This document shows, in pieces, positions 23,871 to 32,000 of a stretch of 32,000 bases of DNA. The notes under the pieces are model-generated. The model did no database searches, was not told the DNA's origin, and saw only the letters and a list, made by a program, of their open reading frames with translations. Position 1 is the first letter of the stretch. Each line of letters starts with the position of its first letter. The stretch spans positions 120,001 through 152,000 of the forward strand of contig JBAZRV010000001.1 in NCBI GenBank assembly GCA_041662745.1. Reading direction: 5' to 3'. Source of the DNA: Patescibacteria group bacterium (GTDB lineage Bacteria > Patescibacteriota > Patescibacteriia > 2-01-FULL-39-33). Both the position numbers and the translations under genes were made by a program.

Positions 23871-26741
23871 TTACTTTAATTTTATTCTTAATTTATCTGA
23901 TTCGTATTTTTTATTATTTAAATTAAAAATATTAGCGTAAACAGTATAATCGCCGGAACCGGGATATTTTTTCCAACTGAAATTAAAACTGTCGCTTTGC
24001 GGCCTGATGGCAGTAATAAAATTTTCTTTGGTGCTGGTAGCCGATAAATAATAAATATCAATTTGTTTTATTCGGTCAAAATTAATTAAATCCGCCCTTA
24101 AAGTCAAAGGAAAACTATCAATAATCGCGCCATCAATCGGCGCTGTCCAATCAAGACGCGGTAAGGGATTAACGGCAACTAAATTAAGATCAACTGATTT
24201 TGAAGCGGTATTTTGCAGATCATCATTAATAATTACAGTTAATGTATGATAACCGCTTGTTAATTCAGATAAATCCAATGTTTTATTTGCGGTTAGGCCG
24301 CTAACAGTGTCAATTAACTGATTATCAATTAAATATTCCGTCTTCTGAATGCCACGAACCGCCGAACCCTGTAAATTTACAACTACAAAAGCATCCCTTA
24401 TCGTTTGTTTATCGCTGGGACTGATAATATTCAGTTGCGGTTGGTCGGAAGCCAAGTGAATATCGTCATAAGAAGTGGGTATCGGTTGGCCATCGGTAAT
24501 AATATTATTTTTTTCCGCCCAAGCTTTGACCCCGGCTTCCCAGTTATAATATTGCGGGTCATTTTCCGGATGAGCAGGAATCGGGCCGCGCGGATCATCT
24601 TTGTCCACATAATATAAAATATCATGCACTTCGCCCGTGGCTATTTCTTTAGTGGTGCTTAAGGGAGTATATTGGGTGGCTAATTTCCCTGAAATGGTAT
24701 CAATTTTTACCATTGTGCCGGAGTTAGCTACGCCGTCTAAAACCGCCTTATTGGTAATTACTGTTTGAGGTTTGGTAAACTCTTCCGCCACTTGGCCTTT
24801 AAGTGCCTCAGACATATAAGTATTCCAGATGGGAGCAGCAATTACGGAGCCGTCGGCGCCCGCCTTCATGACTGCATTATCGCTATTGCCAACCCAAACA
24901 CCGCAAACTAATGATGGCGTATAACCTAAGGCCCAAGCATCATGGAAGTCATTAGTAGTGCCGGTTTTGGACGCCGCCGGTCGTCCCGGTAAGACTAACC
25001 GGCTGCCGGTACCGAAAATGTAAGCCCGCGCCGAATCATCGGATAGGATATCGGTTGTTTGTCTGGCAATTTCTGCGTCTAAAATTTCATTATTTTTATC
25101 TTTAAATTCTTCAATTACTTTATTATTTTTATCTTCAATTTTTAAAATCGGATTAACCTCATGTTTAACGCCTTCGGCAGCCAGGGTGGCATAAGCTGAG
25201 GCATGCTCCAATAATTTTACTTCCGCCCCGCCCAAAACAATAGATAATCCAAAACGGCTGCGATCATCAAAAGTGGTATAACCTAATTTTTCCGCTAAAT
25301 TAAAAATATTATCCATGCCGGTCAAGTAGGTTAATTTAACCGCTGGGATATTCAGTGAGCCGGCTAAAGCCTTACGCAGGGTGACCGGTCCATTTTCGTC
25401 ATTATGGTAATTGTGGGGCTCATATTTTTTCTCGCCGGTAGTATCAAAGTTAGTCACCGTATCATAAATAATGGTGTTAGGCGTATAACCCTTAATGAAC
25501 GATGCCGTATAAACGATCGGCTTAAAGGATGACCCCGGTTGGCGCGGCCGCAGAGAAACATTAACTTGTCCATCAATAGCCTCGTCAAAATAATCAACCG
25601 AGCCAACCATAGCCAATATTTGTCCTGTCTTCGGATCTAAAGAAACCAATGAAGCATTAGTGAAGCCGTATTTTTTTCCATTAGTTTCCACGCCTTTTTT
25701 GACAGCCTCTTCGGCTATTTTTTGTTTTTCCAAATCAAGCGTGGTATAAACTTTCAAACCCTCTTGATTAATGAAATTTTCGCCGTATTTTTCCGATAAT
25801 ATTTCCTTGATATACATAACAAAATGCGGCGCAATAATTGATTCTCTCAGGGGCTTGAAAGTTAATTTTTCATTTTTTGCTTCTTCCGCTTGTTCTTTAG
25901 TGACGTAGCCCAATTCCGCCATGGAATCAAGAATATATCTCTGGCGTTGCAATAATTTATCTTTATGATTGCCATAGGGGGAATAGTAAGTCGGCGCGTT
26001 GGGTATGGCCGCCAGAATGGCAGATTCGGCTAAACTCAGATCCTTGGTCGGTTTGCCAAAATAAGATTGAGCGGCGGCCTCCACGCCGTAAATTACCGAG
26101 CCGTAAGGTATCTCATTTAAATACATGCCCAAGATTTGGTCTTTGGTAAATTTGCTTTCTATTTGATAAGAAATCAACAACTCTTTAATTTTTCTAGTAT
26201 AAGTCTTTTCATTGGTTAAAATGGCATTTTTGACGAATTGTTGGGTTAAGGTTGATCCACTGACTTTGCTGCCGGTAGTGATATTGACTAAAACAGAGCG
26301 GATGATACCGGTGAAAGAAAATCCATGATGTTGATAGAAATCCCTGTCCTCGGCGGTAATTACCGCTTGTTTCATATAGTCAGGCACTTCAGATAAAGGA
26401 ATAACAGTGCGTTTAATGTCGCCATGAATGTCATAAAGGACGGTTTGGCCGGTACGATCGTAAATTTTAGTTGAGACCGTAATATTGCGTTTAAGCACGC
26501 CATCGGCCGAAGGCAAATCTTTAGAAATCCAAAATAAAGCCGCCGCCGCAACCAGAGCTGAAAAAAGAATACCTACTATGGCTATAGGTATTAATGCCTT
26601 AAAGCATCGTCGCCAAATATGGCGTCGATGCTTTCGTGGTGACTTAACCGGATTGGAAGAAAAAAAGATCTTTCCGCCCCTTGGCTCTCGTTGATGCGTC
26701 GGTATGAGTTTTTGCGGATCGCGCCAATTTATATTAGACAT
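23871..26741 (-). CDS. Class A penicillin-binding protein (glycosyltransferase GT51 + transpeptidase) with a C-terminal beta-rich extension of about 200 aa
   Basis: GT51 motifs EDRDFYQHHGF, GSTLTQQ and RKIKE. Transpeptidase motifs SSFKP (SxxK), SLN (SxN) and KTGTT. N-terminal TM anchor. Confidence 0.9.
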   Translation of the reverse strand: MSNINWRDPQKLIPTHQREPRGGKIFFSSNPVKSPRKHRRHIWRRCFKALIPIAIVGILFSALVAAAALFWISKDLPSADGVLKRNITVSTKIYDRTGQTVLYDIHGDIKRTVIPLSEVPDYMKQAVITAEDRDFYQHHGFSFTGIIRSVLVNITTGSKVSGSTLTQQFVKNAILTNEKTYTRKIKELLISYQIESKFTKDQILGMYLNEIPYGSVIYGVEAAAQSYFGKPTKDLSLAESAILAAIPNAPTYYSPYGNHKDKLLQRQRYILDSMAELGYVTKEQAEEAKNEKLTFKPLRESIIAPHFVMYIKEILSEKYGENFINQEGLKVYTTLDLEKQKIAEEAVKKGVETNGKKYGFTNASLVSLDPKTGQILAMVGSVDYFDEAIDGQVNVSLRPRQPGSSFKPIVYTASFIKGYTPNTIIYDTVTNFDTTGEKKYEPHNYHNDENGPVTLRKALAGSLNIPAVKLTYLTGMDNIFNLAEKLGYTTFDDRSRFGLSIVLGGAEVKLLEHASAYATLAAEGVKHEVNPILKIEDKNNKVIEEFKDKNNEILDAEIARQTTDILSDDSARAYIFGTGSRLVLPGRPAASKTGTTNDFHDAWALGYTPSLVCGVWVGNSDNAVMKAGADGSVIAAPIWNTYMSEALKGQVAEEFTKPQTVITNKAVLDGVANSGTMVKIDTISGKLATQYTPLSTTKEIATGEVHDILYYVDKDDPRGPIPAHPENDPQYYNWEAGVKAWAEKNNIITDGQPIPTSYDDIHLASDQPQLNIISPSDKQTIRDAFVVVNLQGSAVRGIQKTEYLIDNQLIDTVSGLTANKTLDLSELTSGYHTLTVIINDDLQNTASKSVDLNLVAVNPLPRLDWTAPIDGAIIDSFPLTLRADLINFDRIKQIDIYYLSATSTKENFITAIRPQSDSFNFSWKKYPGSGDYTVYANIFNLNNKKYESDKLRIKLK

Positions 26742-26785
26742 ATTATTATAAAATTTTTGGTTTAGATTTTAATCTTTTCCTGTTT

Positions 26786-27295
26786 TTATGAACCAATTCG
26801 GGAATTAAGCTTATTAATGCCGGCGCCGCAAATGGCCATCGCTAAGGCGTCGGCGGCGTCATCCGGCTTGGGGCTTGTTTTCAAATTAAGAATAATCTTG
26901 ACCATTTGTTGGACTTGTTTTTTATCGGCTTGACCGTAACCGGTCAATCCCTGTTTGACTTGCAATGGCGTCAGTTCAATCAGTTCCAGCTGATTTTGCA
27001 TTAAAGTCAGTAAGATAACTCCGCGAGCTTGGCCGACAATCAGGGCGGTTTTGACATTAGTGCAAAAAAATAACTGTTCAACCACCGCCAATTCCGGCTG
27101 GTGTTTTTTAACCAGTGCCGTTAATTGCTCATGCAAAGCCAATAATCTTAGAGACAATGATTTTTTCTTATCAGTTTTAATGGAACCGTAATCAAGCAAT
27201 CTAAACTGACCGCAATTTTCTTCAATTACGCCAAAACCGGTATCAGCGATGCCGGGGTCAATGCCCAAAATTATATGCGGTTTTGTTTTTACCAT
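26786..27295 (-). CDS. ruvC: Holliday junction resolvase RuvC
   Basis: ILGIDPGIADTGFGVIE start, EQLFF and DAADALAMAIC motifs. Overlaps yebC by 7 nt. Confidence 0.9.
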   Translation of the reverse strand: MVKTKPHIILGIDPGIADTGFGVIEENCGQFRLLDYGSIKTDKKKSLSLRLLALHEQLTALVKKHQPELAVVEQLFFCTNVKTALIVGQARGVILLTLMQNQLELIELTPLQVKQGLTGYGQADKKQVQQMVKIILNLKTSPKPDDAADALAMAICGAGINKLNSRIGS

Positions 27296-28017
27296 GAAGC
27301 GTTAGTGTAAACATTGGTAATATCATCCAAATCATCAATAGCGCCGTATAGGCGCTCTATTCTTTCACGATCTGCCGCGTCAGTAATAGTTATTTCTTCT
27401 TTGGGTTGGTAAATGATGGAGGTTTCTTTTATGTTTAATCCGATTTCTTTGGCTTTATTTGCCACCTGAAATAAGGATTCTACTGGCGTGTTTATTTCCA
27501 CCTCGGTTGTTTCGGTTATTTTTTTAATGTCTTCCGCTCCGGCATCAATCAATTCCAATTCTTGTTCTTCGTTTAAGCCGCTTGACTCTATCAATAATGA
27601 TCCCAACCTTTTAAAATTCCACGAAACACTGCCGGATGATCCTAATTGGCCGCCATTTTTATTTAAGGCTGATTTCAGGTCGGCAACCGTGCGGTTTTTG
27701 TTATCGGTTATGGCCTCTATAATAAAGCCCGCCCCCGCCGGACCAATCACTTCATAAATGATTTCCTCAAAATTAACTCCGTCTTTATTTGCGCCCGTTC
27801 CCTTGGCAATCGCCCGTTCAATATTATCTTTTGGCATATTAGCCTCCCTCGCCTTGTCAACCGCCAACCGCAGTTTGAAATTTGTTTCCGGATCACCGCC
27901 GCTTTCGCGAGCCGCAATGGTTATTAGGTTGGCTAATTTAGTGAAGATGGCCCCCTTTTTAGCATCAGTCACTGATTTTTGGCGATGGGTTTTCGCCCAC
28001 TTGCTATGTCCTGACAT
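27289..28017 (-). CDS. yebC: YebC/PmpR-family transcriptional regulator
   Basis: MSGHSKWAKTHRQK...AREANMPKDNIERAI..; has the canonical position upstream of ruvC. Confidence 0.9.
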   Translation of the reverse strand: MSGHSKWAKTHRQKSVTDAKKGAIFTKLANLITIAARESGGDPETNFKLRLAVDKAREANMPKDNIERAIAKGTGANKDGVNFEEIIYEVIGPAGAGFIIEAITDNKNRTVADLKSALNKNGGQLGSSGSVSWNFKRLGSLLIESSGLNEEQELELIDAGAEDIKKITETTEVEINTPVESLFQVANKAKEIGLNIKETSIIYQPKEEITITDAADRERIERLYGAIDDLDDITNVYTNASW

Positions 28018-28109
28018 AAAATTTTAAGCAATAATTTTTAGTATTTACTTTTTATATTATAATGATAAAATAGCCAAAAATCAAGTCTAAATAACCGCTT
28101 AATATTTAC

Positions 28110-28137
28110 TTGACAATTATAAAATTTATGCTATCAT
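28110..28137 (+). promoter_or_regulatory. Strong candidate promoter of the orphan gene
   Basis: TTGACA-N16-TATCAT with TGc immediately upstream of the -10 (extended -10). Confidence 0.5.
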
Positions 28138-28189
28138 ATTATGATAATGAGTACTTTAAAACAAAAAGCGAAAAACCAAGGAGGTGCGC

Positions 28190-29458
28190 ATGTCTCAAGA
28201 AGAATCTGATAATTTAATGTCGGCAGGCAATAACCGGGAAGCAGAAAGCCGTCATGAAAGAGATTTATCTGATGAAATAAAGATTGCCGTAATCAGGGCG
28301 GAAAAAGCGCTTAAAGAACGGAATTTGCCCGTGACGATTATTTATAACTCCCTACTTAACGGTTTGGCCATGCTTTGCGGCGGCCATGTGGAATTGATTC
28401 GCCAGCTATTGTCCCTGAAGAATGAAGCAGAAGACGGTCAAATAGAGACGTTTGTTTATGCATTAGAAGATATCTTTTCTTGGTATTTATCAGCAAAGTT
28501 TTCCAGCCAAGAGATATTTAGTTGGTTTGGGGGCGGCGGCCTGAAGGATGATGAGATAACTAATGCTTTGGTTATGTCTCTACTTTGGAATGGCACTGAT
28601 TATGAGGGTCTTAGCGACGAAGCTATCACTGATTATATCTTGGCCAGTCATTGGGATCAACCGCGACAAATGGCAGCTATGGTTAGGGGCGGTATTATTA
28701 CGCCCCACACGCTTAGGCTCCTGAATAATTTTTATGGCGGTATGGATGTTGTTATGGAACTGATCGGCAAGGGCGGTTGTTTTGATAAGGACGCCCTCAG
28801 AGTTGTTCAAACGATCCATGTTCCCAGCAACAAGGACCCCAAGAAAACCGTTCCGCAATGGACTAAGCGGAAGATATGGTATTTCTGGGACCGATTAGGG
28901 ATAACCGATGAGCAAAAGATTTCTCTATTTCATCAAGCATTGGGCGTTGAAAGTTTAGTTGCTTTTTTACGCTCTTTGCCCATGAATGAAAAACAGATAA
29001 TAGTTCTTCTGCAGTCGCTTAGCGAACCCTTAGGCACGATTGCCGATATGCTTTCATCAAAGGTCGTTCCCAAAGATTTTTTGGCGGGCGATACGGATCA
29101 GCCCCGGAAAATTTCAGTTGATGCTACGCGGATACCTCCTGAATTCATATCCTTCGTTAAGGAACAAGGCAAGAGCGACCAGGAGTTAGTCGGGGTTTTA
29201 ATGGATCATGAATTCACTTTGTATATGATTGCCACCAGCCTAATCGCCGCTGGTTGGGAACCGTTTCGGACATTAATCGCCCTGCTTCAATCAGGCTGTA
29301 ATTTTATCTTGGTTTCCCGGATGATTGAGGCGGCGGCGGAAAGCTTTAAAGCCGGTCATAACTCCATTTGGAAGCCGGAGGTAATTGCCGCTTGGCGCAA
29401 ATTAGTGAAAGATAAGATGGAAGAATCGGCCGATCATGAAATTTTTGGTCAGCCATAG
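28190..29458 (+). CDS. Orphan 422-aa, predicted all-helical protein with recurring (S/T/K)-D/N-D/E-E/Q-hydrophobic helix starts; no family recognised
   Basis: Long ORF with AAGGAGG 5 nt upstream of ATG 28190. The track's GTG at 28184 overlaps the SD and is unlikely. The gene has its own promoter and terminator. Recurrent motifs: LSDEIKIAVI, SSQEIFSWF, KDDEITNALV, LSDEAITDYI, ITDEQKISLF, MNEKQIIVLL, KSDQELVGVL. Confidence 0.7.
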   Translation: MSQEESDNLMSAGNNREAESRHERDLSDEIKIAVIRAEKALKERNLPVTIIYNSLLNGLAMLCGGHVELIRQLLSLKNEAEDGQIETFVYALEDIFSWYLSAKFSSQEIFSWFGGGGLKDDEITNALVMSLLWNGTDYEGLSDEAITDYILASHWDQPRQMAAMVRGGIITPHTLRLLNNFYGGMDVVMELIGKGGCFDKDALRVVQTIHVPSNKDPKKTVPQWTKRKIWYFWDRLGITDEQKISLFHQALGVESLVAFLRSLPMNEKQIIVLLQSLSEPLGTIADMLSSKVVPKDFLAGDTDQPRKISVDATRIPPEFISFVKEQGKSDQELVGVLMDHEFTLYMIATSLIAAGWEPFRTLIALLQSGCNFILVSRMIEAAAESFKAGHNSIWKPEVIAAWRKLVKDKMEESADHEIFGQP

Positions 29459-29480
29459 TATTAGCTCTTTATAGCCAAAC

Positions 29481-29511
29481 AAAAGCGTCCCCGCTTGACA
29501 GGGACGCTTTT
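29481..29511. terminator. Bidirectional intrinsic terminator
   Basis: aaaagcgtccc-cgcttgaca-gggacgctttt followed by a T-run; lies between the convergent orphan gene and gyrA. Confidence 0.75.
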
Positions 29512-29518
29512 TTATTTT

Positions 29519-31996
29519 TTACAGCAATGTTACATTGGCCACAGTATCTTTTTCTTCTTTAAAACGCATTACTCTGACTCCTTGCGTATCGCGACCCAGA
29601 ATACTGACGGTTTTGACGGGCAAACGAATGACCTGGCCGTGATTGGAGATTATAATCATATCGGCAGAATCATCATAGATCAGTTTGCCGGTGATTATTT
29701 CCCCGGTTTTAGAGGTGATTTTGGCTGTCTTGATGCCCGAACCGCCGCGTCCCTGGACTTTATAATATTTGAGTTCGGTTTGTTTGCCGAAACCGTTAGC
29801 CATGATAATCATAAGCCTGGCCACCTTCTCGTCTTTGGGATCAAAAACCGCCATGCCCACCACTTCATCCTTGCTCTTCAAGCGGACGCCCCTGACACCG
29901 GAGGAGGTTCGCCCCATAGAGCGGACATCGGCTTCTTTGAACCTGATGGCTTGTCCCAACTTAGTAACCAGGATAATGTTTTCTGCGCCCTTGGACGGTT
30001 GAACCCATTGCAAGTCGTCATCATTCTTCAGTTTGATGGCAATTAATCCGGAACGACGGACATTTTTGAAATCCTCAATCTTAGATTTCTTGATTGTCCC
30101 GCGGTTAGTCACCATGACCAAAAACTTGTCATTTTCCACCTCGGTAGAGGGCAGAATGGCCGAGACTTTTTCATTGGGCGATAGTTGCAGGAAATTAACC
30201 AAGGCTTGGCCCTTGGCCGTACGCGAGGATTGCGGCACGTCATAACCCTTAAGCTGGAAGACGCGTCCGCGATTAGTAAAAAACATCAGGTCGGCGTGCG
30301 TTGAGGTTAAGAAGAAATGTTCTACGGAGTCTTCTTCTTTAGTGGTTAATCCGATTACTCCCTTGCCCCCTCGTCCTTGGGTTTTAAAGGTATCGGGCGG
30401 CAGGCGTTTGATATAGCCGTCATTGGTAACCATAACGATCATTTCTTCATCTGGAATCAAATCCTCGGTTTTGAAGCTATCTACGCCATGGACGATAATT
30501 TGAGTGCGCCTCGGCTCGCCGAATTTTTCTTTTAATTCTAAAATTTCCGTCTTGATCAAACCCAATATTCGGGCCGGTGATTTCAATAGCGTTTCCAATT
30601 CTTTAATTAACTTCATTTTTTCTTTCAATTCCGTTTCAATCTTAATTTTCTCTAAATTGGCCAATTGTTGCAGCTTCATTTCCAAAATAGCTACAGCTTG
30701 CCGTTCGCTTAGTTTGAATTTTTTAATCAAATTCAACTTGGCATCGTCTTTATCCTTGGATTTTTTAATGGCAGTGATGATTTCATCAATGTGCGCCAAA
30801 GCCATAACCAAGCCCTCTAAGATATGGGCGCGATCTTTGGCTTTGTCCAGTTCAAATTGGGTGCGGCGGGTGATGACTTCTTGGCGATGCTTGAGATATT
30901 CTTCCAAAACCATTTTTAAGTTCAATACTTTTGGTTGAATGCCATCCACTAAAGCTAAAACGTTGAAATGAAAGGTATCCTGCAATTGCGTGAATTTGAA
31001 CAATTGATTAAGGATTTTTTGCGGATAGGCGTCTTTTTTAATTTCAATCACAACGCGTACGCCGTCTTTATTGGATTCATCGCGCAAATCTTTAATGCCT
31101 TCAATTTTCTTATCCTTGACCAGCTCGGCAATTTTTTCCAATAAAGTAGCTTTATTGGTTTGATAGTTAACTTCGGTGATGATGATGCGGTAGAGTCCGG
31201 TCTTGGTTTCTTCTATGTCTGTTTTGGCACGGCAAACTACGCCTCCCTTGCCGGTTAAGTAGGCCTGTTTAATATCATTAACATTGTAGATAATCCCGCC
31301 GGTGGGAAAATCCGGCCCCTTGATGAATTTAACCAAATCCTCAACTTCGCAGTCCGGATTATCAATTAAGTGCACTACGCCGTCAACAACCTCGCCCAAG
31401 TTATGCGGAGGAATGTTGGTTGCCATACCGACAGCTATTCCTTGAGTGCCGTTGATCAGCAGATTGGGTAACTTGGCGGGCAAGACGCGCGGCTCTTTAT
31501 GGGCGCCGTCATAATTGGGTATGAAGTTGACCGTATTTTTATCAATATCAAACAGCATTTCCTCGGCAATGGGAGAAAGCTTGGCTTCGGTGTAACGCAT
31601 GGCGGCAGCGCTGTCGCCATCCATGGAGCCGAAGTTCCCTTGGCCTTTGACTAAAGGATGGCGCAAGGAGAAATCTTGAGCCATGCGCACCATAGTCTCA
31701 TAAATGGCCGAGTCGCCGTGCGGATGGTATTTGGCCATGACTTCGCCGACCACGTTGGCGGATTTGCGGAACTTTGCATTAGCGCGCAATCCAATGTCCC
31801 ACATAGCATATAAGACGCGGCGATGCACCGGCTTTAAGCCGTCACGGACATCGGGCAAGGCGCGCGAAACAATAACCGACATGGCGTAATCCAAATAGCT
31901 TTGCTGAACCTCCTCGCTGATCAGGCGATCGGTGATGGCATTTGGATTGGCGTTAAAATCAAGGTATTGTTGGCTGCGATCTTCTTTTTTGGACAT
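29519..31996 (-). CDS. gyrA: DNA gyrase subunit A
   Basis: 825 aa. [12 protein letters not shown], active-site region [10 protein letters not shown], and C-terminal beta-pinwheel repeats. The start codon is 4 nt from the window edge. Confidence 0.95.
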   Translation of the reverse strand: MSKKEDRSQQYLDFNANPNAITDRLISEEVQQSYLDYAMSVIVSRALPDVRDGLKPVHRRVLYAMWDIGLRANAKFRKSANVVGEVMAKYHPHGDSAIYETMVRMAQDFSLRHPLVKGQGNFGSMDGDSAAAMRYTEAKLSPIAEEMLFDIDKNTVNFIPNYDGAHKEPRVLPAKLPNLLINGTQGIAVGMATNIPPHNLGEVVDGVVHLIDNPDCEVEDLVKFIKGPDFPTGGIIYNVNDIKQAYLTGKGGVVCRAKTDIEETKTGLYRIIITEVNYQTNKATLLEKIAELVKDKKIEGIKDLRDESNKDGVRVVIEIKKDAYPQKILNQLFKFTQLQDTFHFNVLALVDGIQPKVLNLKMVLEEYLKHRQEVITRRTQFELDKAKDRAHILEGLVMALAHIDEIITAIKKSKDKDDAKLNLIKKFKLSERQAVAILEMKLQQLANLEKIKIETELKEKMKLIKELETLLKSPARILGLIKTEILELKEKFGEPRRTQIIVHGVDSFKTEDLIPDEEMIVMVTNDGYIKRLPPDTFKTQGRGGKGVIGLTTKEEDSVEHFFLTSTHADLMFFTNRGRVFQLKGYDVPQSSRTAKGQALVNFLQLSPNEKVSAILPSTEVENDKFLVMVTNRGTIKKSKIEDFKNVRRSGLIAIKLKNDDDLQWVQPSKGAENIILVTKLGQAIRFKEADVRSMGRTSSGVRGVRLKSKDEVVGMAVFDPKDEKVARLMIIMANGFGKQTELKYYKVQGRGGSGIKTAKITSKTGEIITGKLIYDDSADMIIISNHGQVIRLPVKTVSILGRDTQGVRVMRFKEEKDTVANVTLL

Positions 31997-32000
31997 AAAC

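Noticed and set aside
16200-24100. Interpreting the AT-rich block as a horizontally acquired island or a simple chimeric join.
   Set aside because: This is not fully excluded but is disfavoured. The block contains the core origin genes in canonical order. Its edges are gradual and lie inside intact ORFs (vanW and the PBP gene). No integrase, tRNA-flanked boundary or direct repeats were seen.

Overview
Gene-dense bacterial chromosome segment spanning the replication-origin neighbourhood. Order: gyrA; an orphan gene; yebC-ruvC; a class A PBP; yidC-yidD-rnpA-rpmH; DnaA boxes; dnaA-dnaN. It also carries a bactofilin gene, an hsp20/DUF3006-like/vanW operon, tRNA-Glu, tsaD-tsaE, a type IV pilus/T2SS-family ATPase gene, khpA-like and trmD genes, a 16S rRNA gene with no 23S behind it, a tRNA-Ile/Phe/Pro cluster and a large secreted GH5-like hydrolase. 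The 16S sequence is divergent (GGCUGCAGUCAAGAAUAUUCC; one mismatch in the 515F site), the tRNAs lack encoded CCA, Shine-Dalgarno motifs are nearly absent and the surface protein has TSP3-type repeats. Together these suggest a Candidate Phyla Radiation / Patescibacteria-like organism; this is inference, since no search could be run. All product calls rest on motifs read by eye. Observations most worth a second look: (1) the only visible tRNA-Phe(GAA) gene is split in its anticodon loop by a 242-nt IC3-type group I intron whose P1-P10 pairings can be read from the sequence. (2) The PilB/GspE-family ATPase is a covalent tandem of two complete, apparently catalytically intact ATPase modules in one about 1008-aa ORF. 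(3) A roughly 8-kb AT-rich trough is centred on oriC, and its edges fall inside intact genes. (4) Two orphan genes, one embedded between the 16S and the tRNAs, are the only CDS with canonical SD sites. (5) A nested palindromic element with mutually exclusive hairpins sits in the long 16S leader. No CRISPR array, transposase or recognisable defence system was seen.
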